A DNA stretch of 62,019 nt, filler included, from Chiloscyllium plagiosum (taxonomy: Eukaryota), in the NCBI RefSeq assembly GCF_004010195.1. It is 4 parts of one record of this genome, joined end to end, with 100 filler letters (N's around TTAATTAATTAA, not from the genome) between each part and the next. Parts side by side here need not be neighbours in the genome. Positions count along the whole stretch, not along the records: positions 1 to 26,520 come from NC_057717.1; 3 more parts are not named here. The stretch is one strand, 5' to 3'. Under the pieces are notes generated by a model. That model searched no databases. It was not told the origin of the DNA and saw only the letters and a program-made list of their open reading frames with translations. This document shows, piece after piece, positions 1 through 12,265 of this stretch. The position numbers and the translations under genes were made by a program. Every line of letters starts with the position of its first letter. Position 1 is the first letter of the stretch.

Positions 1-479
1 TGTGATATGTTCCCCTTCTCTCAATGTTCCCTCCTTTTCTGGAAATCGCTGCACTATACTCTCATTCTTATCAGGATGTGTGTTATAAATCCTTGCTTGT
101 GGTATCCCAACTTATTTCAGTTAATCCCTTTTCTACGGGGAATTCAATATATTGGCCTGCTGTTTTTTTTCCAAAGATAGTGTCTGTCATATTATTGGAA
201 ATTAAAATTCTGGCATCAGACCCAGTATTTGAACAGATTACTCTGTTGTACATGCACTCTAAAAACGTCAACAGCACACCGCAATTGCCAAAACATTGAG
301 GGATGTACATCTACTTCTTTCGAGAATCTAGTTTTCTCATTTTTCACATGTCCTCGTCTATATCATCTCTCTCGTTCTCTCTTTGTATCTAGTTAAGAAA
401 TTTGCCAATTACTCTTTATCTCCAATCGCGCAAAAATTCTTCTTTCGGTTTATATCTATTGCCCTCTTCTTGATGTAAT

Positions 480-830
480 GTGATTATAATTGAGCAATGT
501 CACTACAAAGACATGAGAGAGGAGCTGGCCAGAGTAAATTGGAAGGGGATCCGAGCAGGGAAGACCATGGAGCAGCAATGGCAGGAATTTATGTTGGATA
601 ATTCGGAGGATATAAGAAATTCTCCCAAAAATGATGAAACATACTCATGGGAGGACAAACCAGCCATGAATGATAAGGCATCGAAACAAAAGAGAAAAGA
701 TAGAATGTGGTGAAGATGATTGGCAATCCAAAGAGTTCATTGGCTTTGAAACTACATAAGGCTGCCATCACTGACACTACAGAGCTCTTAATCATGGTCA
801 GGGAGAGAAACAGAGGGAAACACATTCAAT
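480..830 (+). mobile_element. Decayed CR1-type LINE ORF2 fragment (post-endonuclease region); mirror copy ~25480-25827 (-)
   Basis: Peptide YKDMREELARVNWKG..TMEQQWQEF resembles the CR1 ORF2 segment after the APE domain. Confidence 0.7.
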
Positions 831-1129
831 TTAAACACAGAAGATAGTATTACTCAAGGAAAAATAATCATATGAATTAAACAATTAAATTAAAATCATT
901 TTTGAAATGGAACGTGTCAAATTGGAAGCATGACCTCAGCAGAATGAGAATATGAAAATGAAAGTGTTATCTCATCAGAAACCAGAGTAGGTCACTGAGT
1001 GCAGGGCTGATGGGTGAAAGAGTGAAAAGTGAACTAGGGGAAAGACAGCAGAATTGCATTTCAGATATTGCAGCTCAAAACTGCGGATTTATGTACTGCT
1101 GTAGACCACAACAGCAGGAGAAGCAGAAG

Positions 1130-1850
1130 ATAATTGAGTCATCACCTGTAACATTTTGTCCAGGGATAATCTCCTTAGTCTGCCATTACAATCAGCACAA
1201 TCTATGTTTCAGTAATGACTTTGGGTGAACATGTCAGGGTCAGAACCATGTGAACCTAAACCTGATGCTAACCCATTAATGCTAGCACACTTGAGCAACA
1301 GATCTGATCGAAGCTCCGCAGTCCTGTCACATTCAGTCATAAATGGTGATGGATGAATAAACAAATGACTGGAGGAAAGGGATCCACAAACATCCCCATC
1401 CTAGATTATGGAACAGACCTACACATCAGTGTAAAAGACAAGAATGTAGTATCTGCGCGATCCTCAGCCAGAAGTGTTGAGTCCATGATCGACTTCACCA
1501 TCGCCATGATGCCCACAGAATCACGGATGCCAGTCTTTAATCAATTCTATTCGATGCACGTGAGGTGAAGAAGCAGCTGAACACAATAGATACGACAAAG
1601 GCAATGGGCCCTGACCCCATTCCTGTAATAGGACTGAAGACTTGTGCTGCACATCAAGCCATGTCCCTGGGGAAGCTGTTTCATTCCAGCTCCAACTCTG
1701 ATATCTCCCTGGCAATGAGGAAAATTACTCAGCTAAGAAGAGAATAATTACAATCTGACCAATTACTTCTCCCTCAGTGCAGTCACGATAGTCAAATTGG
1801 TGGGAGTAATTTTTGACACAGCTGTAAAGCAGCACAGAAATAACCTGCTC
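1130..1850 (+). mobile_element. Decayed CR1/L2-group LINE ORF2 fragment; mirror copy ~24450-25200 (-)
   Basis: KQMTGGKGSTNIPIL and KKQLNTIDTTKAMGPDPIPVIGLKTCA, matching the pre-RT 'KAxGPD' motif; frameshifted. Confidence 0.8.
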
Positions 1851-1879
1851 AGTGTAGTTTCTGATAGATCTCCATGTGG

Positions 1880-2216
1880 AGATGGTGTGGTTGTGGAGAT
1901 GTCACTGGATTACTAATCCAGACCAGACTAATGCTCTGGCAGATTCTGGAAGTTAAAAATAATTAATGAACTATTAAGATGCAAAATATGGTGTCAGTAA
2001 CAGTGGCCTTGAAGCCAATGTCGAATGTATACATGAATTTGCTTCCCCAATGGACTTTCAGGAAGTGAATTTCCCGTGCTTTCCTGGTCTGGCCTAAAAG
2101 TGACTCCAGACAGACAGACATGTGATAAACACCCTCAATGGTCTCTGAAACGGCCAAGCAAGACACTCTATTGTATCAAACTGTTCCGAGGTCTTAAAGG
2201 ATAAAACCAGACAGAA
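1880..2216 (+). mobile_element. Old SINE-like interspersed repeat; mirror copy ~24090-24420
   Basis: Head gatggtgtggttgtggagatgtcactggattactaatccagac resembles a tRNA-derived shark repeat; recognition only. Confidence 0.4.
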
Positions 2217-3391
2217 NNNNNNNNNNNNNNNNNNNNNNNNNNNNNNNNNNNNNNNNNNNNNNNNNNNNNNNNNNNNNNNNNNNNNNNNNNNNNNNNNNNN
2301 NNNNNNNNNNNNNNNNNNNNNNNNNNNNNNNNNNNNNNNNNNNNNNNNNNNNNNNNNNNNNNNNNNNNNNNNNNNNNNNNNNNNNNNNNNNNNNNNNNNN
2401 NNNNNNNNNNNNNNNNNNNNNNNNNNNNNNNNNNNNNNNNNNNNNNNNNNNNNNNNNNNNNNNNNNNNNNNNNNNNNNNNNNNNNNNNNNNNNNNNNNNN
2501 NNNNNNNNNNNNNNNNNNNNNNNNNNNNNNNNNNNNNNNNNNNNNNNNNNNNNNNNNNNNNNNNNNNNNNNNNNNNNNNNNNNNNNNNNNNNNNNNNNNN
2601 NNNNNNNNNNNNNNNNNNNNNNNNNNNNNNNNNNNNNNNNNNNNNNNNNNNNNNNNNNNNNNNNNNNNNNNNNNNNNNNNNNNNNNNNNNNNNNNNNNNN
2701 NNNNNNNNNNNNNNNNNNNNNNNNNNNNNNNNNNNNNNNNNNNNNNNNNNNNNNNNNNNNNNNNNNNNNNNNNNNNNNNNNNNNNNNNNNNNNNNNNNNN
2801 NNNNNNNNNNNNNNNNNNNNNCTCCTGAAATGAAGGTCAATGCAGCATTTATCTTCCTAACTGCTTTCTGTTCCTGCAATATTGCTTTCAGTGACTGGTG
2901 TACAAAGAGATCCAGATCCTTTTCAATGTTACAGCTCCCCCCTTGTAGGGTCTATGTACACTGGGCAGCGTGACAATGCCCTTCCCAGTATTGACCTCTG
3001 GGTTGAGAACTCACTGTGCTGCAGGGACCTCGGAGCGCTGCTCAGAAGGAAACAACACAAAGGAGCATACATTGCTTTGTAGATCAACATGTTTCAAACA
3101 TAGGCTGCCAATCTCTTGTTCCCACCAAAGGACACACCGTCACCTCTATCCACCTTGCACTCCATTGCCACGCATTTGCCCATTCACTCCACTTGTTGCA
3201 GTCACCTTGAAGCTTTTTCACAACCTCCTCACCCTCTCACAATCCTACATCCTTTAGTTCTGTCAGCAGGCTGGGGTATATTGTATTGTATTGCCGCAAC
3301 CAAATGTTTAATGGTTATTGTGAACAGCTGGGACCCGAGCACCGATCCCTGCGATACCTCAGCAACCTTCCTGTAAATTTTACGTTTCCAA

Positions 3392-6135
3392 TTTATTTAT
3401 TTCGTAAATTTGGGTGTCACTGGCTGGGCCAGCATTTATTGCCTGTCCCGAGTTCCCCTTGAGAAGGTGGTGATGAGCTGTCTTGTTGAATTGCTGCAGT
3501 CCACTTGCTGTGGTTGACACACAATGCCATTAGGGAGGGAATCCCAGGATTCTGAACTAGTGACAGTGAAGGAACGGTGATATATTTCCAAGTCAGGATG
3601 GTGATTGGCTAGGAGGGGATCTTGAAGATGGTGGTGTTCCCGTACATCTGCTGCCCTTGTCCTTCTGGATAGACGTGTTCGTACGTTGGGAAGATGGTGT
3701 CTGAGGATCTTTGGTGATCATTTCAGTGCAACTTGTAGATAGTAAAACACTGCTGCTGCTGACCGTTGATGGTGGAGCATTGTGGATGAAACAACACTCA
3801 AACTGGCTGGTATGTCCAGGATGGTATCAAGCTTCTTGTGTGTTGTTGGTGCTGCAATCATCCAGGAAAATGGGGAGTAATCTATCACACTTATGACTTA
3901 TGCATTGTCGATGATGGACAGACTTTTGGAAGACAGAATGTGAGTTACTCGCCGCAGTATTCATAGCTTTGGTATCAAGCTTCTTGTGTGTTGTTGGGGC
4001 TGCAATCATCCAGGAAAATGGGGAGTAATCTATCACACTTATGACTTATGCATTGTAGATGATGGACAGACTTTTGGAAGACAGAATGTGAGTTACTCGC
4101 CGCAGTATTCATAGCTTCTGACCTGCTCTTGTCGTTACTGTGTTTATGTGGGCGAGTCCAGTGAGGTTCTGAGCAATGATTACCCTCCAGGATTTTGATA
4201 CTGTGGCATTCAGTGATGGTAGCACCATTGAAAGCCAATGGGCAGTGTTTAGATTGTATTTTAGTGGTGATGGTCAGGGTCTGGCATTTGTGTGGCGTCA
4301 ATATTACTTGCCACATGTCAGCCTGGATACTGTCCAAATCTTGTCGCATATGGACATGGATTACTTCAGTATCTGAGGAGCCACAAATGTTGCTGAACAT
4401 TGTGCAATCACTGGCGAACATCCCCACTTCTGACATTATAATAGAGGCAAGCCATTGATGAAGCAGATCTGAAGACGCTTGGGTCTAAGCCACTGCCCGA
4501 GGGATTCCTACAGACTTGTCTTCGAGCTGAGTTGACCGATCTTCATCAGCCATGACCATCTTCCTGTGTGTCAGGTATGATTCGAACCAGCGGGGAATTT
4601 GACCCGGATATCCATTGATTCCAGTTTTGCTAAGGCCATTTGATGCCACACTTGGTCGGAGGCAGCCTTGATTTAAAGCCCTTTCACTCTCACCCCACCT
4701 CTGGTATTCAGTGCTTTTGTCCATGTTTGAGGTAATGAGGTCAGGAGCTGAGTGGCTCTGGTGGACACCAAACTGGCGTCATTGACCAGGTTATTGCTGA
4801 GCAGGTACTGCTTGAAAGCACTGACACCTTCCATCACTTTACTGATGATTGAGAGTAGATTGATGGGTTGGTAACTCGCTGGATTGGATTTGTTCTGCTT
4901 TTTGTGTACAGCAGATACTTGGGTACTTTTCCACACAATCGGGTAAATTTCATTGTTGTAACTGTATGGGAACTGCTTGGTTAGGGAAGTGGCAAGTTCT
5001 AGAGCATAAGTTTTCAGGGTATGTACCCTTTGAAGTATCCAGTGTCTACAACTATTTCTAGATATCACGTGGACTAAATGGAATTGCTAATGACTGGTAA
5101 CTGAATTACCGAGGACCACTGAAGGAGGCCAAGATGGATCATGCACTCAGCAATTCTTACTCAAGATTGTTGAGTATGAATCAACCTTATCTTTTGCACT
5201 GAAGTGCTGGGATATTGCATCATTAAGGATGGGGATATTTGTGGAATCTCCTCCTCTAATGACTTGTTTAATTGCCCCTACCATTCCTCGACGAGACGTG
5301 GAGGAACTGGAGATCTTAGGTCTGATCCGTTGCTTTTAGGATCACATAGCTCTGTCTATTACTTACCGCTTATGCTGTTTGGTGCACATGTTGTCCTGTT
5401 TGGTGGTTTCGTCAGGCTGACACCTCATTTTCAGGAATGCCTGGTGCTGCTCCTGCCCTCCTGCACACTCCATTGAACCAGGGTTGATACTCTGGCTTGA
5501 TGGTAATTATTGCAAGGGGGATATGCCAGGCCAGGAGTTTGTGCAAGTGTACAATTGATGACTCACAACAACTATGGAAACCCAGAATTGAACTGCTAGA
5601 TCTTTTCGAAGTCTGTCCTATTTAGTACGGTGATAGTGCCACCCAATATAATGGAGGCTATTCTCAATGTGAAGGTGTGACTTTGTCTCCGTAATGACTA
5701 TGCGGTGGTCACTCTTACAGATACTGTCATGGAGAGATACTTCTGCAACTGGCAGATTAGTACGAATGAGGTCAAATATGTCTCTTGTTAGTTCCTTCAC
5801 CAACTGCGGCAGACTCAGTCTTAAGAACCCAACCAGTTTGATCAGTAATGCCGCAGCTGAGCCACACTTGGTGGTGGACATTGAAATCCCCCACACAGAG
5901 TACAAATCTGTGTCCTTGCCACGCTCAGCGCTTCCTCCAAGTGTTGTTCAGCATGGAGGAGTACTGATTCATCAGTTAATTGAGGCTGGTACATGGTAAT
6001 CAGCAGGAGGTTTCCTTTCCCATGGGTAAACTAACACCGTAAGACTTCATGGGATACGGAGTCACTGTTGAGGACTCCCGGAGTAATTCCCTTCGAATTG
6101 TATCCCACTGCGCTGCCACTTCAGCTGTGTCTGTT
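3392..6135 (-). mobile_element. Near-complete but decayed CR1/L2-group LINE ORF2 (APE endonuclease + RT + 3' tail)
   Basis: On the minus strand: EN motifs (LHDSICKSDHRIVI, 5618-5905) and RT motifs (VHKKQNKSNPASYQPINLLSIISKVMEG; MFASDCTMF). The 3' tail with aataaatgctggcccagccagtgac lies near 3420-3440. Many frameshifts. Confidence 0.9.
3822..4117. repeat. Local tandem duplication, 2 x ~149 bp, inside the LINE
   Basis: ggtatcaagcttcttgtgtgttgttgg...cgcagtattcatagctt starts at both 3822 and 3971. Confidence 0.9.
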
Positions 6136-6177
6136 ACTAATTCTAATAACTACTAATAATTACTAATTCAAAGTTTG

Positions 6178-6552
6178 TGAGAAGATTTGTAGCTCAGGTG
6201 CTCGTTGTTGTGGTTCTGTTTGCCGAGCTGGGAATTTTGTGTTGCAGACGTTCCGTCCCCTGTCTAGGTGACATTCTCAGTGCTTGGGAGCTTCCTGTGA
6301 AGCGCTTCTGTGATGTTTCCTCCGGCATTTATAGTGATTTGTACCTGCCGCTTCCGGTTGTCAGTTCCAGCTGTCCGCTGCAGTGGTCAGTATATTGGGT
6401 CCAGGTCGATGTGCTTATTGATTGAATCTGTGGATGAGTGCCATGCCTCTAGGAATTCCCTGGCTGTTCTCTGTCTGTTCTGCTGTTGAGACAGGAGAAA
6501 TCCGGGGAAGGTGATGGGGTGTCTGGGATAGAGTCATACTCACAGAATCATA
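6178..6552 (-). mobile_element. Penelope-like element 3' end (family 2) with mutated hammerhead remnant; mirror copy ~20190-20586 (+)
   Basis: Tail cactgagaatgtcacctagacaggggacggaacgtctgc (see 20481-20519) has hammerhead layout (CUGANGA-stem II-GAAACGUC) with two core substitutions. The upstream sequence resembles a GIY-YIG C-terminus. Confidence 0.7.
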
Positions 6553-6554
6553 TT

Positions 6555-6556
<2 letters not shown>

Positions 6557-6626
<70 letters not shown>
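6557..6626. repeat. (GT)35 microsatellite
   Basis: Direct reading. Confidence 0.97.
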
Positions 6627-6628
<2 letters not shown>

Positions 6629-6639
6629 CTGTAGGTGTG

Positions 6640-7533
6640 TCTGTGTGTGTATATAGTGCAGTCGGTGTCTGTGTGTGTATGACATGAACCCAAGGTCCTC
6701 CCTATGGGTACCAAACTTAGCTATCAGCCCCGATCGGCCACTTTTCCCTGTTGCCTGTCCTGAAGTCCGTCTTGGAGGATGGTCAGCTGAAGGTTCGAGG
6801 TCGAATGTCCTGTACCACAGAAGTGCCCCACAACTGGGAGGCAACACTTCTGTCTGTTGATTGTTGTGCGGTGCCCATTCATCCATTGCCGTAGCCTTTG
6901 CTCGGTTTCCCCAATGTACCATGCCTCCGGGCATCCTTGCCTGCAACGTATAAGATAGACAACGTCGGCTAAGTCACATGAGTACCTGAGAAGAAAGTGA
7001 GGTCTGCAGATGCTGGAGATCAGAGCTGAAAATGTGTTGCTGGAAAAGCGCAGCAGGTCAGGCAGCATCCAGCGAACAGGAGAATCGACGTTTCCTGAAG
7101 AAGGGCTTATGCCCGAAACATCGATTCTCCTGTTCCCTGGATGCTGCCTGCTTTTCCAGCAACACATTTTCAGCTCACATGAGTACCTGCCATGTACATA
7201 ATGGGAGGTGACCCCACGTGTAATGGTGGTATCCATGTCCACACTCTGACACGTCTTGCAGCGCCTACCGTGACAGGGTTGTATGGAGTTGTCCTGGGAG
7301 CCGGGCAACGTGCTATGAACAATGATCTGTTTGATGTTTGGCAGTTGTTTAAAGGCAAGCAGTGGAGGTGTGGGAAGGTCTTGGCGAGGTGCTCATCCTC
7401 TTTGATAATGTGTTGCAGGTCACGAAGTACATGGTGAAGTTTTTCAGCTCCTGGGAAGTACTGAACAACGAAGGGTACCCTGTCGGTTGCAGCACGTGTC
7501 TGTCTCCTAAGGAAGTCATTACGGTACCTTGCT
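6640..7533 (-). mobile_element. Penelope-like element, GIY-YIG endonuclease region (inverted segment)
   Basis: RVPFVVQYFPGAEKL...PCHGRRCKTCQ...VVYLIRCRQGCPEAWYIGETEQRLRQWMNGHR: CCHH zinc knuckle plus GIY-YIG motifs. Confidence 0.9.
6989..7174. mobile_element. 186-bp palindromic Penelope-terminal-repeat-derived insertion with hammerhead core, flanked by a 15-bp target-site duplication
   Basis: tcacatgagtacctg occurs at 6974-6988 and 7175-7189. The insert has internal inverted arms and ctgaaga-a-gggcttatgccc-gaaac at 7095-7119. Confidence 0.85.
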
Positions 7534-8950
7534 GTACGCCAATACCTTCCCCACGCCTCCACTGCTTGCCTTTAAACAGCCGTCAAACCTCCAACAAATT
7601 ATTGTTCATAGCAAGCTGCCCATCGTTCAGGACAACTCCATACAACCCTGTCACGGTAGGCGCTGCAAGGCGTGTCAGAGTGTGGACATGGGTATGACCA
7701 TTACATGTGAGGACACCACCCACCATGTACGTGGCAGGTACTCATGTGACTCAGCCAACATTGTCTATCTTATACGTTGCAGGCAAGGATGCCCGGAGGC
7801 ATGGTACATTGGGGAAACCGAGCAAAGGCTACAGCAATGGATGAATGGGCACCGTATAACAATCAACAGACAGAAGTGTTGCCTCCCAGTTGGGGGGCAC
7901 TTCTGTGGTACAGGACATTCGACCTCGGACCTTCGGCTGACCATCCTCCAAGGCGGACTTTGGGACAGGCAACAGTGATAAGTGGCCGAACAGGGGCAGA
8001 CAGCTCAGTTCAGTACCCATAGGCAGGGCCTTGAATTCATGTCATACTACAGGTGACCACCATTGCACTACATACACACACAGACACACCTACACACACA
8101 CACACAGAGTCACTCCTATACACACACATACACACGGACACACATATACACAGACATGCACACAGACACTCGCACACACCCTTACAGACACACACACTCC
8201 GATACTCACACATGCATCCTCTCAGAGGCTTAGGCCACTCTACACTCATGCAGGCACATATACCCTCTCTCTCACAGACACTCGCAAACCCTCACCCTAG
8301 ACACACACACACTTCCACACTCACACATGCACCCCCTCACAGAATTAAGACACTCTGCAATCACTACACACACATACACATTCTCTCTCAACCCCCAAGC
8401 CAGTCAGGCATACACATAGACAGACACAAAGACCCACATACACAGATACATTTTGTGGAGTGAATTTGTACTTGCAGAGTTACATTGTACTTTGCTCAAA
8501 AACTGCATGAATACAGTAAAACTCTGGTATCTGACTTTTTAGGTTAGAATCGATCTAAACATCATGACATAAACAGAGAACAGAAGGCGCTAACACCTTC
8601 GACATATTGTGTAACTAACCCAATTGTTACAGTTAACCTGAGAATGCAACTTTTAAAAATGTTTTTTTTTTGTTTTACACACGGAAGAAGCTAAACTATC
8701 ATGGTATTCGAACAGACGAAAGACTCAACAGACAATCAAGGTATTTTTCAATGTGTAGTTTCAGTTACATCATAGTGTACTTTTTTGCTGTAAATGCTGT
8801 GCCTTACAATTTTGTCCTCCACAATCACCTGATGAAGGTACGGCTCTCCGAAAGCTACTGTGCTTCCAATTAAACCTGTTTGTCTATAACCTGGTATTGT
8901 GTGATTTTTAACTTTGGTCACCACAGTCCAACACCAGCATTTCCAAATCA
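7534..8950 (+). mobile_element. Penelope-like element 3' part: GIY-YIG region, CA-rich tract and terminal repeat with hammerhead remnant
   Basis: ORF 7529..7978 carries VYLIRC..WYIGET. ctgatga(8829)..gaaagcta(8850-8857) is followed by a typical terminal segment. Confidence 0.9.
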
Positions 8951-10049
8951 TGATTACTGTAAAGTGGAGTCGTATTAATTGTTCTCCAGTACTCTGGTAC
9001 CTTCCCTATGGTCAGATTCTAATTACAATTAATGTTAGAGGTCATCTCGCCACATTATTTATGCTCCTCTCAAGCATTATTGTGAGATTTTCTCCAGATC
9101 TCCCGTTATATATGTGGAGAAGAGAAGGACAATGATTTTAAACAAGGCTGTGTATTACCCGAGAGAACTGAGACTGCTCTAAACTGGGTGGGAACCTTTC
9201 AGCAGCCTGGTAAATGTTTTGCTGCCTCTGTACAGGATCTTAGAGAGAACACATTGGAATAGTGTGTAAAGATTTTTCCTACTCAATGAAGAAAGTGTAT
9301 TGTTACATTGGAAGGAGCTCAGAGATGGTTCCCTCAACTGATTCCTGCAAAGAAGGTGTCTTAGGACGGAGAGATAGCTGGAAGGTGGAACAGAGGCCGC
9401 GATAACATCAACTATGATTATATTCAATGGCAGAGCAGATTCTAGGGGTTAGATTCCTGACTGATGCTCCTCGTCCAGACTCAGCCTTTCGACCGTGTTA
9501 CACAGTAAAGAGGGAGGACTGTGTATCAAACAGGAAGCAGGCTCTCCGGATAAGTCAGTCTTAATCAGTTTGATAGAACGTCACCAATGGAGTCGCACAG
9601 TGACCAGCGCTGTGTCCTCAACTATTTACAATCTATATCAATGATCAGGGGTTTTGAACAGATACTGAGTTTGGTGATGTCGCTTGAATAAGCAAGAGAT
9701 TAAATTATCAAGAGAGGGTGGAGTGTCTGCAAATAGATACAGAAAGTTAAAGGCAATGGATAATACTTTGGCAGGTGCAATACAACATAATATAACCAGT
9801 AATTTCATTTACAGGAATAATGGAAGGTAGTATGTTACTGAAATAGAGAGAGATTATAGGATTTAGTGATACTGTATCCTGGGGGGTTCACGGAGACCCG
9901 TTCAGAAATGGAAGGTTTTGCTCCATCCCTGATCGTCTGCTCATTGACACTCCAAGTGACCACATTGCTCTCCGTACACACAGAATATTTTGATGTGGTT
10001 GATTGGTGGTGGGGAGGGTTTTTTGAAACGTGTATCAAGGGGACGGCCT

Positions 10050-10500
10050 TTATCCAAGATACAATTATTCCTTTCTACATGGAGACCCGGAGACAATGGG
10101 AATAGCTGCCTGCTTCTGAATGAAGGAACTGTGGCTGCTTACAGGACAGGGGTGTTCACCAACATGATGTATTGTACATGGACACACTGTAACATTAATA
10201 GAGTGAGAGCTCCTTCAGTTCCGCTTCCTCTCCCCATTTAATGGCTACTCTGCAGATACCATGTACACCTTCAGGAATCCCACTATACTGGGAAAATAAG
10301 GATACACCTGGCAGATTCCCGCTGAGGGAGAAGCAATGTATTGACCTCATCCACCATATACATCCTCCATCACCGAATGGTGACATTGATGTTGAGATAC
10401 AGGGAGATGATGGAGCTGTCACCGACTCCGGCCTGGAAAGTTTCGGATCACAGAAGCTGAATGAAACTGTGACCCTAATAACCACTGCCAGCACCATCTT
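10050..10500 (+). mobile_element. Highly decayed L1/Tx1-like LINE endonuclease fragment
   Basis: Across frameshifts: TFRNPT..GYTWQ..(Q)CIDLI..GSQKLNE, resembling the APE C-terminal YTW / SRID / GxWKLN motifs. Confidence 0.5.
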
Positions 10501-11584
10501 CACTCTGGCGTGAAGCTGCAGGTCGTGTTAAAGAAGGTGACACCCTCTGTGACCAGCTTCTTGTTCAGTCCAGATCCCCTCACACTCTGCTCCTGGGTTA
10601 AGTGTAACTTGGGAAGCTGTTCCTGGAAAACCCGGGGTGGATTCAGCAGATCCCTTTCCCTAAACTCACTCACTCCGTGGTTTCAGCGCTTCCACTTTCT
10701 GCAGCCTTTGTTCCATTTGGTGTTCATGTTACACAACCAGATGCTGTTTCCATAGTCCCCATGCTCCATCCAAAGTTGGGTCACCAAATCCTGTGGTCTC
10801 ACTGAATGTCTGAGGCAGCTCACACCACAAGCTCCAGGAATCCATCGCCAGCAACTCCACTAACTTTTCAATAACAGGAGTCAGTCAGAAACCCCTCGGT
10901 TGGACCAGACCAGATCCCTGCAAAATATTTTAAGAAGGCCACTTATACCCAAACCTTTCCTTACTTTAAATATAGATGTGAAGTGTGCTTTCCAAATATG
11001 ATGTGACTGGTCAAAGCACTCGACATTAAACCAAATATAATCTATTCAAATGCTTTAGTTAAAATATAATCAAAGAAAAGAACATTAGGAATAGCTTATA
11101 TGTTTGAACACTTACACAAACAATTGATACCATACCTTCTTGGTATACACTGCTTGGCACAAAGATAAATTCAAATACAGATTCTTACAAACCGTTTTTT
11201 GATCCAGGATAAATCAACATCAACAACCATCTCAAAGAGAAAAGCAGCTAGGGATCATGTATTGGAACTTCTAACCCTGCTGGGATCTCCAACTGCTTCT
11301 GAATGCTGCAATTAAAAACAAAACGAGCAAACCTGGTCTGGGAGAGCTGGCCACTGCCCTTCCATTGTTACCACCGTTTTAATAAAACCTATAGGTCTCC
11401 TCAGTTATTTACTTAAACTGTTTTCAGACAGCAGTTCCACACCTCTGCCTTTAAAACCTCTCTTTAAAAAAACAAGAGTAAAAGCCTTTTTATAGTGATA
11501 GTATCCTCACAACTCCACCTTTAATAAAATGATCTTTCAATATACAAAGATGGATTCATTTTAGACTTCCTAATCTTCCTCTAT

Positions 11585-12265
11585 TAGTAGCAGGTAGATA
11601 GGACAATGAAGAAGGCGTTTGGTATGCTCTCCCTTATTGGTCATAGTACTCAGTACAGGAGTTGTGATGTCATGTAGCGACTGGACAGGACATTGGTTAG
11701 GCCACAGTTGGAATATTTCGTGCCATTCTGGTGTCCTTCCTATCGGAAATATGTTGTGAAACGTCAACAGGTTCAGAAAAGATTTACAAGTAAGTTGCCA
11801 GGACTGGAGGGTTTGAGCTATACGGAGAGGCTGAACAGGCTGGAGCTGTTTTCCCTGGAGCGGCAGAGGCTGAGGGGTGACCTTTTAGATGTTCACTAAA
11901 TTATGAGGGGCATGGATAGGATAAATAGGCGAAGTCTTTCCCTGGGGTCGGGGAGTCCAGAACTAGAGGGCATAGGTTTAGGGTGAGAGGGGAAAGATAT
12001 CAAAGAGACCTAAGGGGCAACCTTTTTCACGCAGAGGGTGGTACGTGAATGGAATGAGCTGCCAAAGGATTTGGTGGAGGCTGGTACAATTGCAATATTT
12101 AAGAGGCATTTGGATGGGTATATGAATAGGAAGGGTTTGGATGGATTTGGGCCGGCTGCTGGCAGGTGGGACGAGATTGGGTTGGGATATCTGGTCGGCA
12201 TGGACGGGTTGGACTGAAGTGTCTGCTTCCATGCTGTACATCTCTATGACTCTGTGATTCTATGA
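11585..12265 (+). mobile_element. 5'-truncated CR1 LINE 3' end nested in the Gypsy element
   Basis: LVRPQLEYFVPFWCPSYRK..LELFSLERQRLRGDL; 3' tail ctctatgactctgtgattctatga. Confidence 0.92.

Larger units (their letters stand above)
1..8773 (+). repeat. Arm A of a young inverted segmental duplication (partner 18638-26307); may extend left of the window
   Basis: Bases 1-37 are the reverse complement of 26271-26307, and the end near 8773 matches 18638 onward. Many ORF-track entries recur on the opposite strand (e.g. 480..713+ / 25594..25827-, 5204..5476+ / 21278..21550-). About 3 mismatches in the first 120 bp compared by eye. Confidence 0.95.

Noticed and set aside
7529..7978. 149-aa GIY-YIG ORF as an intact nuclease gene
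   Set aside because: Starts at an inversion junction without a true ATG, ends at a premature stop, and lacks the RT; a TE fragment
10241..10513. 90-aa ORF with a cag acceptor-like start as the terminal exon of a host gene
   Set aside because: Adjacent frames carry YTW / xIDL / GxxKLN motifs of a LINE endonuclease, so a decayed Tx1/L1 explains it better
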